DNA of 64,000 nt from Patescibacteria group bacterium (GTDB lineage: Bacteria > Patescibacteriota > JAHJAL01): assembly GCA_041648895.1 (NCBI GenBank), contig JBAZOB010000001.1:15093-79092 (forward strand), in the 5' to 3' direction. Within the stretch, counting starts at the first letter, position 1, and every line of letters starts with the position of its first letter. The notes under the pieces are model-generated. The model worked only from the letters and a program-made list of their open reading frames with translations, did no database searches and had not been told where the DNA came from. Made by a program: the position numbers and the translations under genes. This document shows positions 20,409 through 29,468 of the stretch, piece after piece.

Positions 20409-20615
20409 ATGATAATGATTTCAAAAGGTAAAGATAATGAGTTATATGTGCCGATAAGGGTCGAGGGAGGAGGAATGATTGGAGATGGCATGAAGGTGGT
20501 ACGTCCTGCTGATGAGGATTATGAGATGTATTTTGAGAAATATCAACGTGATCAGAAGCTGGAAGAACAGTTTCAAAAAGAGATTTCAAAATACATGAAG
20601 AAAAATATTGGCTAG
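20409..20615 (+). CDS. Small hypothetical protein, possible immunity partner
   Basis: 68 aa, starts 11 bp after the peptidase gene, GAGG upstream. Confidence 0.5.
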   Translation: MIMISKGKDNELYVPIRVEGGGMIGDGMKVVRPADEDYEMYFEKYQRDQKLEEQFQKEISKYMKKNIG

Positions 20616-20814
20616 GTAAAGTTTAGTAATCAGCTAAGTGATTTAGGGGTATTGTGGATTAGTTTTTATATAAAACTGTATTTTTACAGTTTTTATTTTG
20701 TTTTAAGCTTACTTTGATAGAATTAATATAGAATAATTTATCAGATTAAAATTTGTAATTCGTCCGCCCGAGGCGGATGCGCCTTGGGCGCATAATTTGT
20801 AATTAAAAAGTTGT

Positions 20815-23013
20815 ATGAAAAAGAATATTTTGTTTTTAGCGCTGATATTAACCATGCTAATGTCAAATTTGAATATGGTGCGGGCGGCTGATTATCAGGC
20901 GCAGTGGACAGGGCAAAGTGAGTATTTGACCATGACAGAAGGTGAGGAACAGACGGTGTGGGTGGAGTTTAAAAATACCGGTAGTGCCGATTGGCGGCAA
21001 ACTGGTCAGAACGCGGTGCATTTGGGAACGGCGAAAAATCTAGACCGGGCCAGTTCTTTTTATGATAATACTTCGTGGTTAACCAGTAATCGGATTGAGA
21101 TGAAGCAATCGGTGATTCATCCCGGTGAAACGGCTCGTTTTGAGTTTAAGATTAAGGCTCCATATAACTCGGGTGTTTATCAAGAATATTTTCGATTGGT
21201 AGCGGAGAATGTATCTTGGTTAAATGATGTCGGTTTATATTGGGAATGGCGGGTGATCGGGGCGGCCGGTTATGAGGACATGTGTATGAGTCGGGATAGC
21301 GTGGTTCAGTCAAGCGGGTGTGTGGTGCCCGAGCCGTGGATGTATGATTCGACTTGGAATGGTCAAAGTAAATATTTAACTTTGGCTCCGGGCGAGAGTC
21401 GAGAAGTGTGGGTGGAATTTGTTAATGATGGGGTAGCGACTTGGTATCAGAACGGTGATTTTGCGGTTCATTTAGGTACCGCCAATCCAATTGATAGAAA
21501 TAGTAATTTTGTCGATACTGATTGGCTTTCTACCAATCGGTTGGTTTTGGAACAAACCAGCGTTAAGCCGGGCGAGACGGGTCGTTTTTCTTTTACGGTT
21601 AAGGCTCCAACTAAAACGGGTGTTTATTATGAATATTTCCGGCCGGTGGTAGAAAATGTATCTTGGTTGCGCGATCAGGGGGTGTATTGGATGTTTGAAG
21701 TAGCGAACGCGGCCAATGATGATTCTTCGGATGATGATGCGGTTAGCGATAGTTGGGCGGCTAAGTTGATTGAACAAACTGGAAATCCGACTTTTGTGGT
21801 CGGTGAGGAAGCGGAAGAATATTTAACAGTGAAATACAAAAATATTGGCCAAACGACATGGGAAAAAAGTGGCAGTAACGTGGTCCAGTTGGCGACTAGC
21901 CAACCCAATGACCGCAATAGCGGTTTTATGACGAGTGATTGGCTCAATAGTCATCGGATTGCAATGCAGGAGAGTAGTGTGGCGCCGGGTGAGTACGCGA
22001 CTTTTAAATTTCGGGTATCTCCGGGGGAGACAGTAGCTCTGGGGACGCATAATGAACATTTTAATTTGGTGGCCAATGACAATTTCTGGTTTAGCGGGGT
22101 GGGGGTGGCCTGGAACATGGTTTTGGCGGGGGTGTCGGATGCGGTGGTAGTGACGGCCGATGGTAATTTTGATGTGAAAGATGGGGTAACGGGCAGTGTT
22201 TTGGCCACTTTGAGTTCAGGGCAAAAAGTTAATGTCAAATATGCTGGTGGCAATTATCAAATAACTTGGCCGGGTGGGTCTAAAAGTACTAGTAACTATG
22301 TGCGGCTAACGGGTAAAAATGGGGCGATTATGGAGGTAGTTTCATATAACGATATTAAATCATGGAATAGCAGTCTCAATGATAATAAATTTCGGGATAC
22401 GATTGAGGTGCGTTATTCGACCAATACCAATCAATTGTGGGTGATCAATGAATTACCCTTGGAAGATTATGTGGCGGGAGTGGCGGAGACGGGTAACTCT
22501 TCACCGACAGAATTTTTAAAAGCCATGACGATTGCTGAGCGAACTTACGTGATTTATCATCATAACCGTGGGGGACGTCATCCGGAAAATTATGTTGATC
22601 TGTACAATAGCGTCAACGGAAATGGTGATGACCAGGTTTATCGCGGCTATGGCTTTGAACAGCGCAATGATGAGGTGACCGAGGCAGCTGCCGATACAGT
22701 TGGTAAAGTGGTGACATATAACAATAATGTAGTCGTGACACCCTATTTTTCACATGCCGATGGCCGCACTCGCAGCTACAAAGAGGTGTGGGGTAGTGAC
22801 GTGGCCTGGTGTGTGTCAGTTGACGATCCTTATACAGCGGGGATGAGTTTGCTTGGTCATGGCGTAGGTATGAGTGCTTTAGGGGCGCAGATGTTTGCGG
22901 AAAAAGAGGGCAAAACTTATGACTGGATTTTAAAATATTATTATACTGGTATCGATATCTCCAATTATGATACAGCGAGTGAGAGAATCAGGGTCGGGAT
23001 TTATCATTTGTAA
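20815..23013 (+). CDS. Secreted SpoIID/LytB-domain protein with N-terminal Ig-like repeats
   Basis: Signal peptide; INELPLEDYVAGVAE, LKAMTIAERTY, DQVY, GHGVGMS, ILKYYY. Confidence 0.85.
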   Translation: MKKNILFLALILTMLMSNLNMVRAADYQAQWTGQSEYLTMTEGEEQTVWVEFKNTGSADWRQTGQNAVHLGTAKNLDRASSFYDNTSWLTSNRIEMKQSVIHPGETARFEFKIKAPYNSGVYQEYFRLVAENVSWLNDVGLYWEWRVIGAAGYEDMCMSRDSVVQSSGCVVPEPWMYDSTWNGQSKYLTLAPGESREVWVEFVNDGVATWYQNGDFAVHLGTANPIDRNSNFVDTDWLSTNRLVLEQTSVKPGETGRFSFTVKAPTKTGVYYEYFRPVVENVSWLRDQGVYWMFEVANAANDDSSDDDAVSDSWAAKLIEQTGNPTFVVGEEAEEYLTVKYKNIGQTTWEKSGSNVVQLATSQPNDRNSGFMTSDWLNSHRIAMQESSVAPGEYATFKFRVSPGETVALGTHNEHFNLVANDNFWFSGVGVAWNMVLAGVSDAVVVTADGNFDVKDGVTGSVLATLSSGQKVNVKYAGGNYQITWPGGSKSTSNYVRLTGKNGAIMEVVSYNDIKSWNSSLNDNKFRDTIEVRYSTNTNQLWVINELPLEDYVAGVAETGNSSPTEFLKAMTIAERTYVIYHHNRGGRHPENYVDLYNSVNGNGDDQVYRGYGFEQRNDEVTEAAADTVGKVVTYNNNVVVTPYFSHADGRTRSYKEVWGSDVAWCVSVDDPYTAGMSLLGHGVGMSALGAQMFAEKEGKTYDWILKYYYTGIDISNYDTASERIRVGIYHL

Positions 23014-23028
23014 TTCCTAATTTCTAAC

Positions 23029-23589
23029 ATGAGATTATTTTCTAAAATTGGCAAAAGGAAACGACGGACGGGGCGGATGAAGCAGAAGTCCAGTTGGTTG
23101 GATGGTATTCTTAAGAAAGCCAAACGGACAAATAAACGGGTAATCAAGCGAACGGTGCGAGGGGGGAATGGGCCGGCGGTTAAATCTTTTTTTGACTACC
23201 GTACTTTTTTGCGGTCGCGGCTTTTTAATGTTTCATTGATGATAGTGGCTGGCTATATGATATTTTTGACGGGACGGGAGGCTTTGGCCAATTACTATCA
23301 GTCAAAACAAATTGCCAAGATTGAAACGGAAAATAAAACTATTGAACAGAAAAATGAGGAATTAAAGTATCTTTTGGAGTATTATAAGACTGAGACCTTT
23401 GCGGAATTGGAGGCCAGACGGTATTTGAATTTAAAAAAACCGGGAGAAAGTGTGGCGATTGTTCCAGTTGATATGAATGAGATGCCGGTTGATGAGGGAC
23501 AACAACCGCCAGAATTAAAAGCGCGACCCAATTATAAGAAGTGGATCGATTTTATTTTTGCCGATATTAGTTCACTGCCGGATAATTAA
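23029..23589 (+). CDS. Septum formation initiator (FtsB/DivIC-like)
   Basis: One TM, coiled coil, ELEARRYLNLKKPGE. Confidence 0.8.
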   Translation: MRLFSKIGKRKRRTGRMKQKSSWLDGILKKAKRTNKRVIKRTVRGGNGPAVKSFFDYRTFLRSRLFNVSLMIVAGYMIFLTGREALANYYQSKQIAKIETENKTIEQKNEELKYLLEYYKTETFAELEARRYLNLKKPGESVAIVPVDMNEMPVDEGQQPPELKARPNYKKWIDFIFADISSLPDN

Positions 23590-23816
23590 TTACAAATGAC
23601 AAATGGCAGATTACAAATCACGAATGACGAATTGAATTAGTCATATATCATTTATTTTAATTAATGGCAGCAAAAGTTTGGTCGGTGGTGTTAATATGGA
23701 TCTATTTAATAATAGTAAGTTTTATGGCTAGCCATATAATTAAAATAAATGATATATGACTAATTCAATTCGTCATTCGTGATTTGTAATCTGCCATTTG
23801 TCATTTGTAATTAATT
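23584..23816. repeat. Long hairpin element, copy 1 (80-bp perfect inverted arms, 73-bp loop)
   Basis: Arms 23584-23663 and 23737-23816 are exact reverse complements; outer parts built of heptamers. Confidence 0.95.
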
Positions 23817-23819
23817 TAA

Positions 23820-23906
23820 GGAAGGGTGGGAGAGCGGTTTAATCCGCACGCTTGGAAAGCGTGTATGGCCGCAAGGTCATCGAGGGTTCAAATCCCTCCC
23901 CTTCCG
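23820..23906 (+). tRNA. tRNA-Ser(GGA)
   Basis: GGAAGGG/CCCTTCC acceptor stem, anticodon loop TTGGAAA, long variable arm, GGTTCAAATCC. Confidence 0.95.
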
Positions 23907-23965
23907 TTTATATAAAAGGGATGCGAAATTTACACCCCTCTTTCTTAAATCAATATCAAAGGGTG

Positions 23966-23982
23966 AATCCCTCCCCTTCCGT
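23966..23982 (+). repeat. Direct repeat of tRNA-Ser 3' end (att-like scar)
   Basis: AATCCCTCCCCTTCCGT identical to 23891-23907. Confidence 0.85.
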
Positions 23983-24083
23983 CTTCGACCGCCATAGCTT
24001 GAGCGACGGCGGGTTTTGTTATCATAATAATTGTTTTTTCAGGGGTGAGATTTTTTAGCGTATTCGTAATTCCTATTTTTTTT

Positions 24084-25370
24084 ATGAAAAAGCGTCATTT
24101 TCAAAACAAATTAATTGCTGAGTTATTGAGTAATTGTCAAAAGGTTCCGGCTCGCTGTCCGCATTTTTTGGATTGTGGTGGGTGTAGCTATCAGGATTTT
24201 ACCTATGGTGATCAAATTAAGGTTAAGGAAAAAAAATTAAAGGAACTGTTTGGTGATTTGACGGCTGATACAAATGTATCATTTCAGGGCGGGCAGGAGT
24301 ATGGTTACCGGACGCGGATGGATTATATTGTTTCCAGTCAGGGATTGGGCCTGCGGCGCAAGCGGCGTTTTGATCAAGTGGTGGATTTACATGAATGTCA
24401 TCTGATTGATCCGGCGATATTTGGTTTTTTAAGATCAATCTATGAAGAGGGGATAAAGATCGGATTAATACCGTATGATTTGCAGTCAAAAACGGGATTT
24501 TGGCGATATCTTTCGGTGCGGGTCAATGAGAAAAATGATTTTATGGTTATAGTCAATACGACCAGTGATGAGAAATTGTATCCCTTGGTGGATGAATTAA
24601 TTGAAAAAATTACAAATAATATTGTCGGGGCGGGTTTTTCCCGCCTGCAATTGTGTGAGAAAGGGCGGGAGAACCCCGCCCGTACGAAAGTGGGTAATTT
24701 AGTTTCAATATATCATCTGATCAATGATGGATTAAATGATGACAATTTTGGTGAGGTGAGGCGGTGGTGGGGGGAAGAATTTTTAAAATTTAAAATTTTA
24801 AATCCTGGATCCGTGTCCAGGACAAGCTTTAAATTTAAAATAGGGCCGAATACTTTTTTTCAAAATAGTATAGAATTGTTGAATGGTCTAATAACTAAAT
24901 TGGTCGGATATATTGATGCCGATGATCAAGTGTTGGATTTGTATTGCGGGGTGGGAACGTTGTCATTGCCGGTGGCCAAAAAAGCGAAGCAAGTTTTGGG
25001 GGTGGAATTGATGGCGGAGAGTATTGAGTTGGCGAAGTTAAATGCGATAGATAATGGTATAACCAATGTTGATTTTGTGGTGGGAGAGGTGGAAAAAATA
25101 ATTACGAATGACGAATTACGAATTAGGAATTATGATGCATTAGTTTTGGATCCGCCACGTAAAGGACTGGAAAAGGCAGCCAGTGAGATAATGGAAATGG
25201 ATTTACAGAAAATTGTGTATATGTCATGCAATCCACTGACTTTAAAGAAAGATCTGGAGGTTTTAACAAAAAAATATCGATTGGTGGAAGCAAGCTGGTG
25301 GGATCTTTACCCGCAGACACCACATGTGGAAGGTTTGTGTTTATTGGTGGGCGATGGTGTCGAACTCTAG
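24084..25370 (+). CDS. rlmD: 23S rRNA m5U methyltransferase (RlmD/TrmA family)
   Basis: CPHFLDCGGC, FFQ, LDLYCGVG, LDPPRKG, YMSCNP, DLYPQTPHVE. Confidence 0.85.
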   Translation: MKKRHFQNKLIAELLSNCQKVPARCPHFLDCGGCSYQDFTYGDQIKVKEKKLKELFGDLTADTNVSFQGGQEYGYRTRMDYIVSSQGLGLRRKRRFDQVVDLHECHLIDPAIFGFLRSIYEEGIKIGLIPYDLQSKTGFWRYLSVRVNEKNDFMVIVNTTSDEKLYPLVDELIEKITNNIVGAGFSRLQLCEKGRENPARTKVGNLVSIYHLINDGLNDDNFGEVRRWWGEEFLKFKILNPGSVSRTSFKFKIGPNTFFQNSIELLNGLITKLVGYIDADDQVLDLYCGVGTLSLPVAKKAKQVLGVELMAESIELAKLNAIDNGITNVDFVVGEVEKIITNDELRIRNYDALVLDPPRKGLEKAASEIMEMDLQKIVYMSCNPLTLKKDLEVLTKKYRLVEASWWDLYPQTPHVEGLCLLVGDGVEL

Positions 25371-25964
25371 TGGTATTATTTGGTAATTGGCTTGTGCAAG
25401 TAGTTGGTGACTGTCTTTTTTTTCTGATGTGGTTAAGTGGCGGTGTTCATAGTGAATGATATCAGGTTTAATCAGGGAAAAATCAATTGATTTTATAATT
25501 TGATAATCATAGCCCTCTGTGTCGATTTGGAGTAGATTTAGTTGGTCAATATGATGATCTTGGATAAGATTATTGAATGTTTGGCTGGGAACCGTGATCG
25601 ATTCAATTTCATTGGTATTCATCCGGCCAATATCGCCCCGATCGCGAGCCATAGTGGCAAAGCAGTTTTTCCAGTTTTCGGTGAGAGTATCCTGTTTGGG
25701 GCGATATAGTTTGACTGGTTGGTTATGATTGGAAATAGCCAGGTTCAATATTTTTATTTGTGGTGGTTGGTATTTTTTGGTTAATTGAGAGTAGTATTCC
25801 GGCTGGGGTTCGATGATTATCCCTGACCAGTGGTATGGTTGAATAAATTGATGGATAGGGTCATCAAAGACACCATCAAAACCACCAATTTGGATAAAAA
25901 ACATATTTTGGCGGCGGGATGGAGGAAGTTGATTAATAAATTGGGCAAAAGTTTTTACAGGCAT
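25341..25964 (-). CDS. FkbM family methyltransferase
   Basis: FIQIGGFDG, IIIEP, LLQIDTEGYD. Confidence 0.85.
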   Translation of the reverse strand: MPVKTFAQFINQLPPSRRQNMFFIQIGGFDGVFDDPIHQFIQPYHWSGIIIEPQPEYYSQLTKKYQPPQIKILNLAISNHNQPVKLYRPKQDTLTENWKNCFATMARDRGDIGRMNTNEIESITVPSQTFNNLIQDHHIDQLNLLQIDTEGYDYQIIKSIDFSLIKPDIIHYEHRHLTTSEKKDSHQLLAQANYQIIPLEFDTIAHQ

Positions 25965-25986
25965 ATGTAATTATTATAAACCAAAT

Positions 25987-26775
25987 ATGAGAGGAAACAG
26001 CGATCGATTTTATATCAAAAAAGGATTGGGGGAAGATTTATTATTGATTAATGATTTTGGCTTGATTAAGCAATGGCGGCGGGTATTGCGGTTGAATGAG
26101 GGTGACGTGTTGCGGTTGTTTGATGGCAGTGGTTGGGAATATATTTACGAAATAATATTAGCCCATGGTAATGGTAGGGGCACGGTGCCCGTGCCCAAAA
26201 CCGCGGGGATAAATTTGCAATTAGTCAATAAAAGATATGTCAAAGAGACAAAGAATAAAATAATTTTGGGATTTGGTTTATTGAAAAATCATGAACGAAC
26301 CGAGTGGATAATCGAGAAATGTACGGAGTTGGGGGTAGATGAATTTCAACCATTAATTACCGAGTATTCGCAAATTAACATCTTTAAAAATCGGACCAGG
26401 TTGGAGAAAAAAATTGTTGAAGCCAGTGAGCAGTCCGGCCGGGTACGTTTACCAAAAATGAATGACGAATTACAAATGACGAATTATAAACCAAATGATC
26501 AAAATATTAATGTGTGCATGGATGTAGGGGCGACCCTCGCGGTCGCCCAGGGCGGGCGCCAGGCCCGCCCCTACAATAATGGTGGCGCCGGGGTTATCCC
26601 GCCCGATTTTACCGGTAATATTTTGTTATTGGTTGGTCCGGAAGGAGGCTGGAGCGAGACAGAAAGAAAATGGTTAAGCGATCAGAAATTTAAATTCTGG
26701 TCAATTAATAATAATATTCTCCGGGCCGAGACGGCGGCGGTGGTGGGCGTGGGGATTTTAAAATGTCACCTTTGA
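25987..26775 (+). CDS. rsmE: 16S rRNA m3U1498 methyltransferase
   Basis: VLRL, EKCTELGV, EASEQSGR, VGPEGGWS, ILRAETA. Confidence 0.9.
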   Translation: MRGNSDRFYIKKGLGEDLLLINDFGLIKQWRRVLRLNEGDVLRLFDGSGWEYIYEIILAHGNGRGTVPVPKTAGINLQLVNKRYVKETKNKIILGFGLLKNHERTEWIIEKCTELGVDEFQPLITEYSQINIFKNRTRLEKKIVEASEQSGRVRLPKMNDELQMTNYKPNDQNINVCMDVGATLAVAQGGRQARPYNNGGAGVIPPDFTGNILLLVGPEGGWSETERKWLSDQKFKFWSINNNILRAETAAVVGVGILKCHL

Positions 26776-26791
26776 GCAAAGGTGACATTTT
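26760..26791. terminator. Bidirectional intrinsic terminator
   Basis: AAAATGTCACCTTTG/CAAAGGTGACATTTT between convergent genes. Confidence 0.7.
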
Positions 26792-26809
26792 TCATTTATT
26801 TATAATTTA

Positions 26810-27451
26810 TTATGGGGCGTACCAGTCGATGGGATCGACGTTTTGGTAGTGGTCGCTGTCTTCGACAACGATATCGATATAATCGTGGGAGGGGCAACCA
26901 ATGTCCAAGCCACAAGTGACAAATTCGCTGTAGTAGGCTTTGTAGCTTGAGTCACCCAAGTAGGCATAGATGTTATAGGTGCCGGGTGGGACGACTAACT
27001 TGTAGCCGCGGCCGGCGGTGTATTTGGGGTCATCGATTAGATTAATAGTGCAAATATCATTGAAATTACCGGAGGTCTCTTGAGCGCAAACGGTCATGTC
27101 GGGAATAACTTCAGAGGGGTAAGAAAGGCTGCCTTCAATGGTGCCCGATGGGTTTGATTCTTCAATTGAATTTTTATCAACACTGGGATCGGTTTGATCG
27201 GAATCATCGTTTAATTTTTCCAGTTCTTTTTCGAGTTTCTCCAGTTCATCGGTAAAGGAATTGTCGAGTTGGTTGTTGGTTGTTTCCTGGACTATCTTTT
27301 GGCTGACAAAATAACCGCCGGCGATAGCCAGTATCGCGGATAGTATTGCCAAGATAACGGGTATAAGAATACAGGCGCCAATTATCCACCAGATGGTGTT
27401 ATTTTTGGAAGGAGAAGCTTGATTGGAATTAGGGGTTTGGTTGGCTGACAT
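26810..27451 (-). CDS. Membrane-anchored hypothetical protein
   Basis: N-terminal TM; extracellular domain with four Cys (GTIEGSLSYPSE...DPIDWY). Confidence 0.7.
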   Translation of the reverse strand: MSANQTPNSNQASPSKNNTIWWIIGACILIPVILAILSAILAIAGGYFVSQKIVQETTNNQLDNSFTDELEKLEKELEKLNDDSDQTDPSVDKNSIEESNPSGTIEGSLSYPSEVIPDMTVCAQETSGNFNDICTINLIDDPKYTAGRGYKLVVPPGTYNIYAYLGDSSYKAYYSEFVTCGLDIGCPSHDYIDIVVEDSDHYQNVDPIDWYAP

Positions 27452-27466
27452 ATTTCTAATTTGTAA

Positions 27467-29119
27467 TTATTTAAGGCTGTGTTTAATAAAATTAACAAAA
27501 AGTGGATGGGGGGCAAGGGGGCGGGATTTGTATTCGGGGTGAAATTGAACGCCGACAAAGAAGGGATGAATTTTATTGGATAGTTCGATGGCTTCGACTA
27601 GCTCGCCGTCGGGGGAGGTGCCGGCAATAATGAGACCGGCTTTTTCGAGTTGTTTGCGGTATTTATTATTGAATTCGTAGCGGTGGCGGTGTCTTTCACT
27701 GACAATGTATTGGTTGGTGGCTGATTTATCAGTTGAATATTTAAGATATGATTCGGCTAGTTTAGTTTTGGGTTGAAGCACGCAGGGATAGGCGCCGAGG
27801 CGAATAGTGCCGCCGTACTGATGTTTGGCGAGATATTCTTTTTGACGGGGCATAATGTGAATGACGGGATATTTGGTTTGAGAATTAACTTCTTCGCTGT
27901 TGGCTTGGTCGAGCCGGCAAACATGACGGGCAAATTCAATCACGGCCATTTGCATACCGAAACAAAGTCCTAAAAATGGTATTTTTTTCTCCCGCAGGTA
28001 TCTGATAGCGGCAATTTTGCCTTCCACGCCGCGTGATCCCCAGCCTTGCGGGATGATGACGCCATCAAAATCGGCTAATTTTTTGACGTTGGCGGGATTT
28101 TTTTCAAAATCGGCCGAATTAATCCAGGTAAATTCCGGTTGTACCTGGTTGGCCCAGGCGCCGTGTTTGACAGCTTCGATAACTGATATATACGAATCAG
28201 ATAAGGTAAAGTTGCCAATGTCGAAATATTTCCCTACCATGGCGATTTTGACTGTTTTTTTGATGCCGTCAATTTTCTTGATCAGATTGTGCCAGGTGGA
28301 AAATTCATTTTTTTTCGGTTGAAGATTTAGTTTTTTGATAATTTTGTCATCCAGTTGTTGATCTTTGAATATACCGGGAATGCGGTAGATAGTATCGACG
28401 TTGGGGTTGGAGATGATGTTTTCGACGTCGATACTGCAGTTGCGAGCCAAGGTGGCGCGGCGCGGTTCGTCCATATAGGTGTCGGCGCGGCCGATGATGA
28501 AATCAGGCATGACGCCGGAGCTCATCAGGGTGCGGACGGAGGTTTGAACGGGTTTAGATTTCATTTCGCCCAGGAAAGAAGGGATAGGAAGATAGCCAAC
28601 ATGGACATGAATGACGTCGTTTTTGTGGCGGTATTTCATGATACGGTTGGCTTCAATAAATAATATATTTTGATATTCACCGACGGTGCCACCAATTTCA
28701 ATGAGTACTACCTCAGCTTTACTAACCCGGCCGGCTTCTTCAAAGCGGCGGATCATTTCCTCGGGGACATGGGGCACAATTTCCACGTCTTCGCCTTCAT
28801 ATTCAAAAGCTCTTTCTTTGCGAATAATTTCTTGATAGACCATGCCATTGGTGAGGTAGTTGGCACGTTTTAGATCGCTGTTTATAAATCTCTCATAGTT
28901 GCCAATGTCCTGGTCGCATTCTAGGCCGTCGTCGGTAACAAAAACTTCGCCGTGTTCCTGTGGGCGGATGGTGCCGGCGTCGACGTTCATGTAGGCGTCG
29001 CATTTGACGCAAGTAACGCGGATGCCTTTGGATTTTAGTAGTAGAGCAATGGAAGCGGTGGTAATTCCTTTTCCTAAACCCGAAATTACCCCACCGGAGA
29101 CAAATATGTATTTGGTCAT
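27467..29119 (-). CDS. pyrG: CTP synthase
   Basis: TKYIFVSGGVISGLGKG, GLCFGMQ, ERHRHRYE, QFHPE. Confidence 0.97.
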   Translation of the reverse strand: MTKYIFVSGGVISGLGKGITTASIALLLKSKGIRVTCVKCDAYMNVDAGTIRPQEHGEVFVTDDGLECDQDIGNYERFINSDLKRANYLTNGMVYQEIIRKERAFEYEGEDVEIVPHVPEEMIRRFEEAGRVSKAEVVLIEIGGTVGEYQNILFIEANRIMKYRHKNDVIHVHVGYLPIPSFLGEMKSKPVQTSVRTLMSSGVMPDFIIGRADTYMDEPRRATLARNCSIDVENIISNPNVDTIYRIPGIFKDQQLDDKIIKKLNLQPKKNEFSTWHNLIKKIDGIKKTVKIAMVGKYFDIGNFTLSDSYISVIEAVKHGAWANQVQPEFTWINSADFEKNPANVKKLADFDGVIIPQGWGSRGVEGKIAAIRYLREKKIPFLGLCFGMQMAVIEFARHVCRLDQANSEEVNSQTKYPVIHIMPRQKEYLAKHQYGGTIRLGAYPCVLQPKTKLAESYLKYSTDKSATNQYIVSERHRHRYEFNNKYRKQLEKAGLIIAGTSPDGELVEAIELSNKIHPFFVGVQFHPEYKSRPLAPHPLFVNFIKHSLK

Positions 29120-29294
29120 GAAGTGTTTTAATTTGTACAAGATAATATTGTAACGTTAATGAACAAAAGTCGGAAGTGAAATCAATATAATATTAATTTA
29201 ATCTCGAGGTTATTTTTTATTAATCAGGTATTTGATAATATTGATATGGACTTAATTAATGAGTAGTGTGAATTAATAATATGATCTACTTGGA

Positions 29295-29410
29295 TGAGAT
29301 CCCCGCCTTGAGCGGGGATGACATCATCAAGTTTATTATAAACGCCTTATTGATGAGATCCCCGATAACCGGAGCGCTCCGCTATGCTCCGCTTCCGGTC
29401 GGGGATGACA
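29295..29410. repeat. GTCATCCCCG repeat, copy E (with nested insert)
   Basis: Closely resembles copy A in spacer and downstream flank; different insert inside CCGGAG...TCCGG. Confidence 0.9.
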
Positions 29411-29468
29411 TGAGGGATAGTTAATTAGCACAATTCATTAATTAATGAATAATTAATAATTATTTTTT

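Noticed and set aside
23852-24058. 68-aa ORF
   Set aside because: Overlaps tRNA-Ser and its duplicated 3' end; spurious.
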